From Azolla caroliniana (Eukaryota > Plantae > Polypodiophyta), in contig JBHGNT010000013.1 in assembly GCA_043228905.1 (NCBI GenBank), positions 16,802,001-16,866,000 on the forward strand: a DNA stretch of 64,000 bases. Reading direction: 5' to 3'. The position numbers were made by a program, and so were the translations under genes. A model generated the notes under the pieces. That model was not told the DNA's origin, did no database searches, and was given only the letters and a program-made list of their open reading frames with translations. Below, one piece after another: positions 63,001-64,000 of the stretch (within the stretch, counting starts at the first letter, position 1; every line of letters starts with the position of its first letter).

Positions 63001-64000
63001 ATGTGAAATAAGTAACATTGTGATAACAATCGTTTTAGTGCATGGCTCAATGTAGCACCACTATCTCGATACAAAACCTTCTCTTACACTTTGCTCGCAC
63101 CCTACCCTCTCCTTTTTAACTCTTATAATACATACTCATTCTACAACTTTAAACTTTCTAGCAATGTGTAAAAAAATACATGGGTTGTAAACTTACAATA
63201 TAAGCAAGTCTTGGCTTTAGTATAAAGTGGAGAGCTAGAATGAAAACATCAAAGAAATTTTAATGCCATTCATTCAAGCTAGAATGTATACGATGAAAAA
63301 GCTCTTAGGTAGATGCAATCTTTTGGTACATCTCAGCATCATTGTGCTAAAACACACACATAATAACCTTGTTTGAGCCTATGAGATGATTGTAATTGTT
63401 ATATAGTTTTTGTTGCCTCATTTTACAATGATGGTTTATGTTAGTTCAAGAGGTCACATTTGCAATATGATGACCGGTATAACATAATATCGTCACGTCT
63501 TGTGGTATTAACATCAATCAATATAGTTCCATACATACTACTCATGTACATGTGTCTATATATTTATAATATTTCTATTGGCATATACATTCAATTAACC
63601 TCTGTCTAAGGATTGCTCTATTGTCTTGGAGATTTGTCAAAGAAGAATTGGATATGTCTAATGTTCATCATGCATGTTGTTTTTATGTTACTTAAAGCTC
63701 TTGTAAAATCAACAAATATGATTATAAAATGTCGTAGATGGTTCTAAAATCAAATGGATGCTACATTCATAATACATATGTGTATGACTATAAAACGGGG
63801 GAAAAAAAGTGCAATATTGAATCATATATCTAACTATCATTTTATGTAGTGACGAGCTTGCGACATAACACATGAAATAAATACAATAAATAATTCACTA
63901 CCGTTACAATGTTTTATTATCATTATCCTTACATAAGATTTCTTAAGTCTATAAAGTGGTGATAAAACATAGCATAATGTTGGTGTTACATAAACATACT

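Overview
Eukaryotic, intron-rich land-plant genomic DNA. A fern or other seed-free plant is a plausible source (GA/CT microsatellite promoters, a PLS-E PPR gene, CR1/RTEX-like LINEs), but that is inference only. Seven host protein genes were identified: P5CS (+), a DExH3/5-like RNA helicase with a C-terminal dsRBD (-), a Kelch-repeat protein (+, with an apparent +1 frameshift in a C8 run), an 11-beta-HSD/steroleosin-like SDR (-), ZMAT5/U11-U12-20K (-), a PLS-E PPR protein (+) and a TMEM131-like gene (-). One tRNA-Ser(UGA) is also present. The space between and within genes holds decayed LINE, Copia and probable Gypsy remnants, two MITE-like families and many short local tandem duplications. 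The most notable object is a ~4.46 kb TIR-bounded Mutator-like element (25316-29779). It carries a decayed C2H2-zinc-finger + Ulp1 (SUMO protease) gene and a truncated SWIM-type transposase, and its termini are atypical (no canonical 9-bp TSD). All coordinates and alignments were read by eye; no database searches were run.
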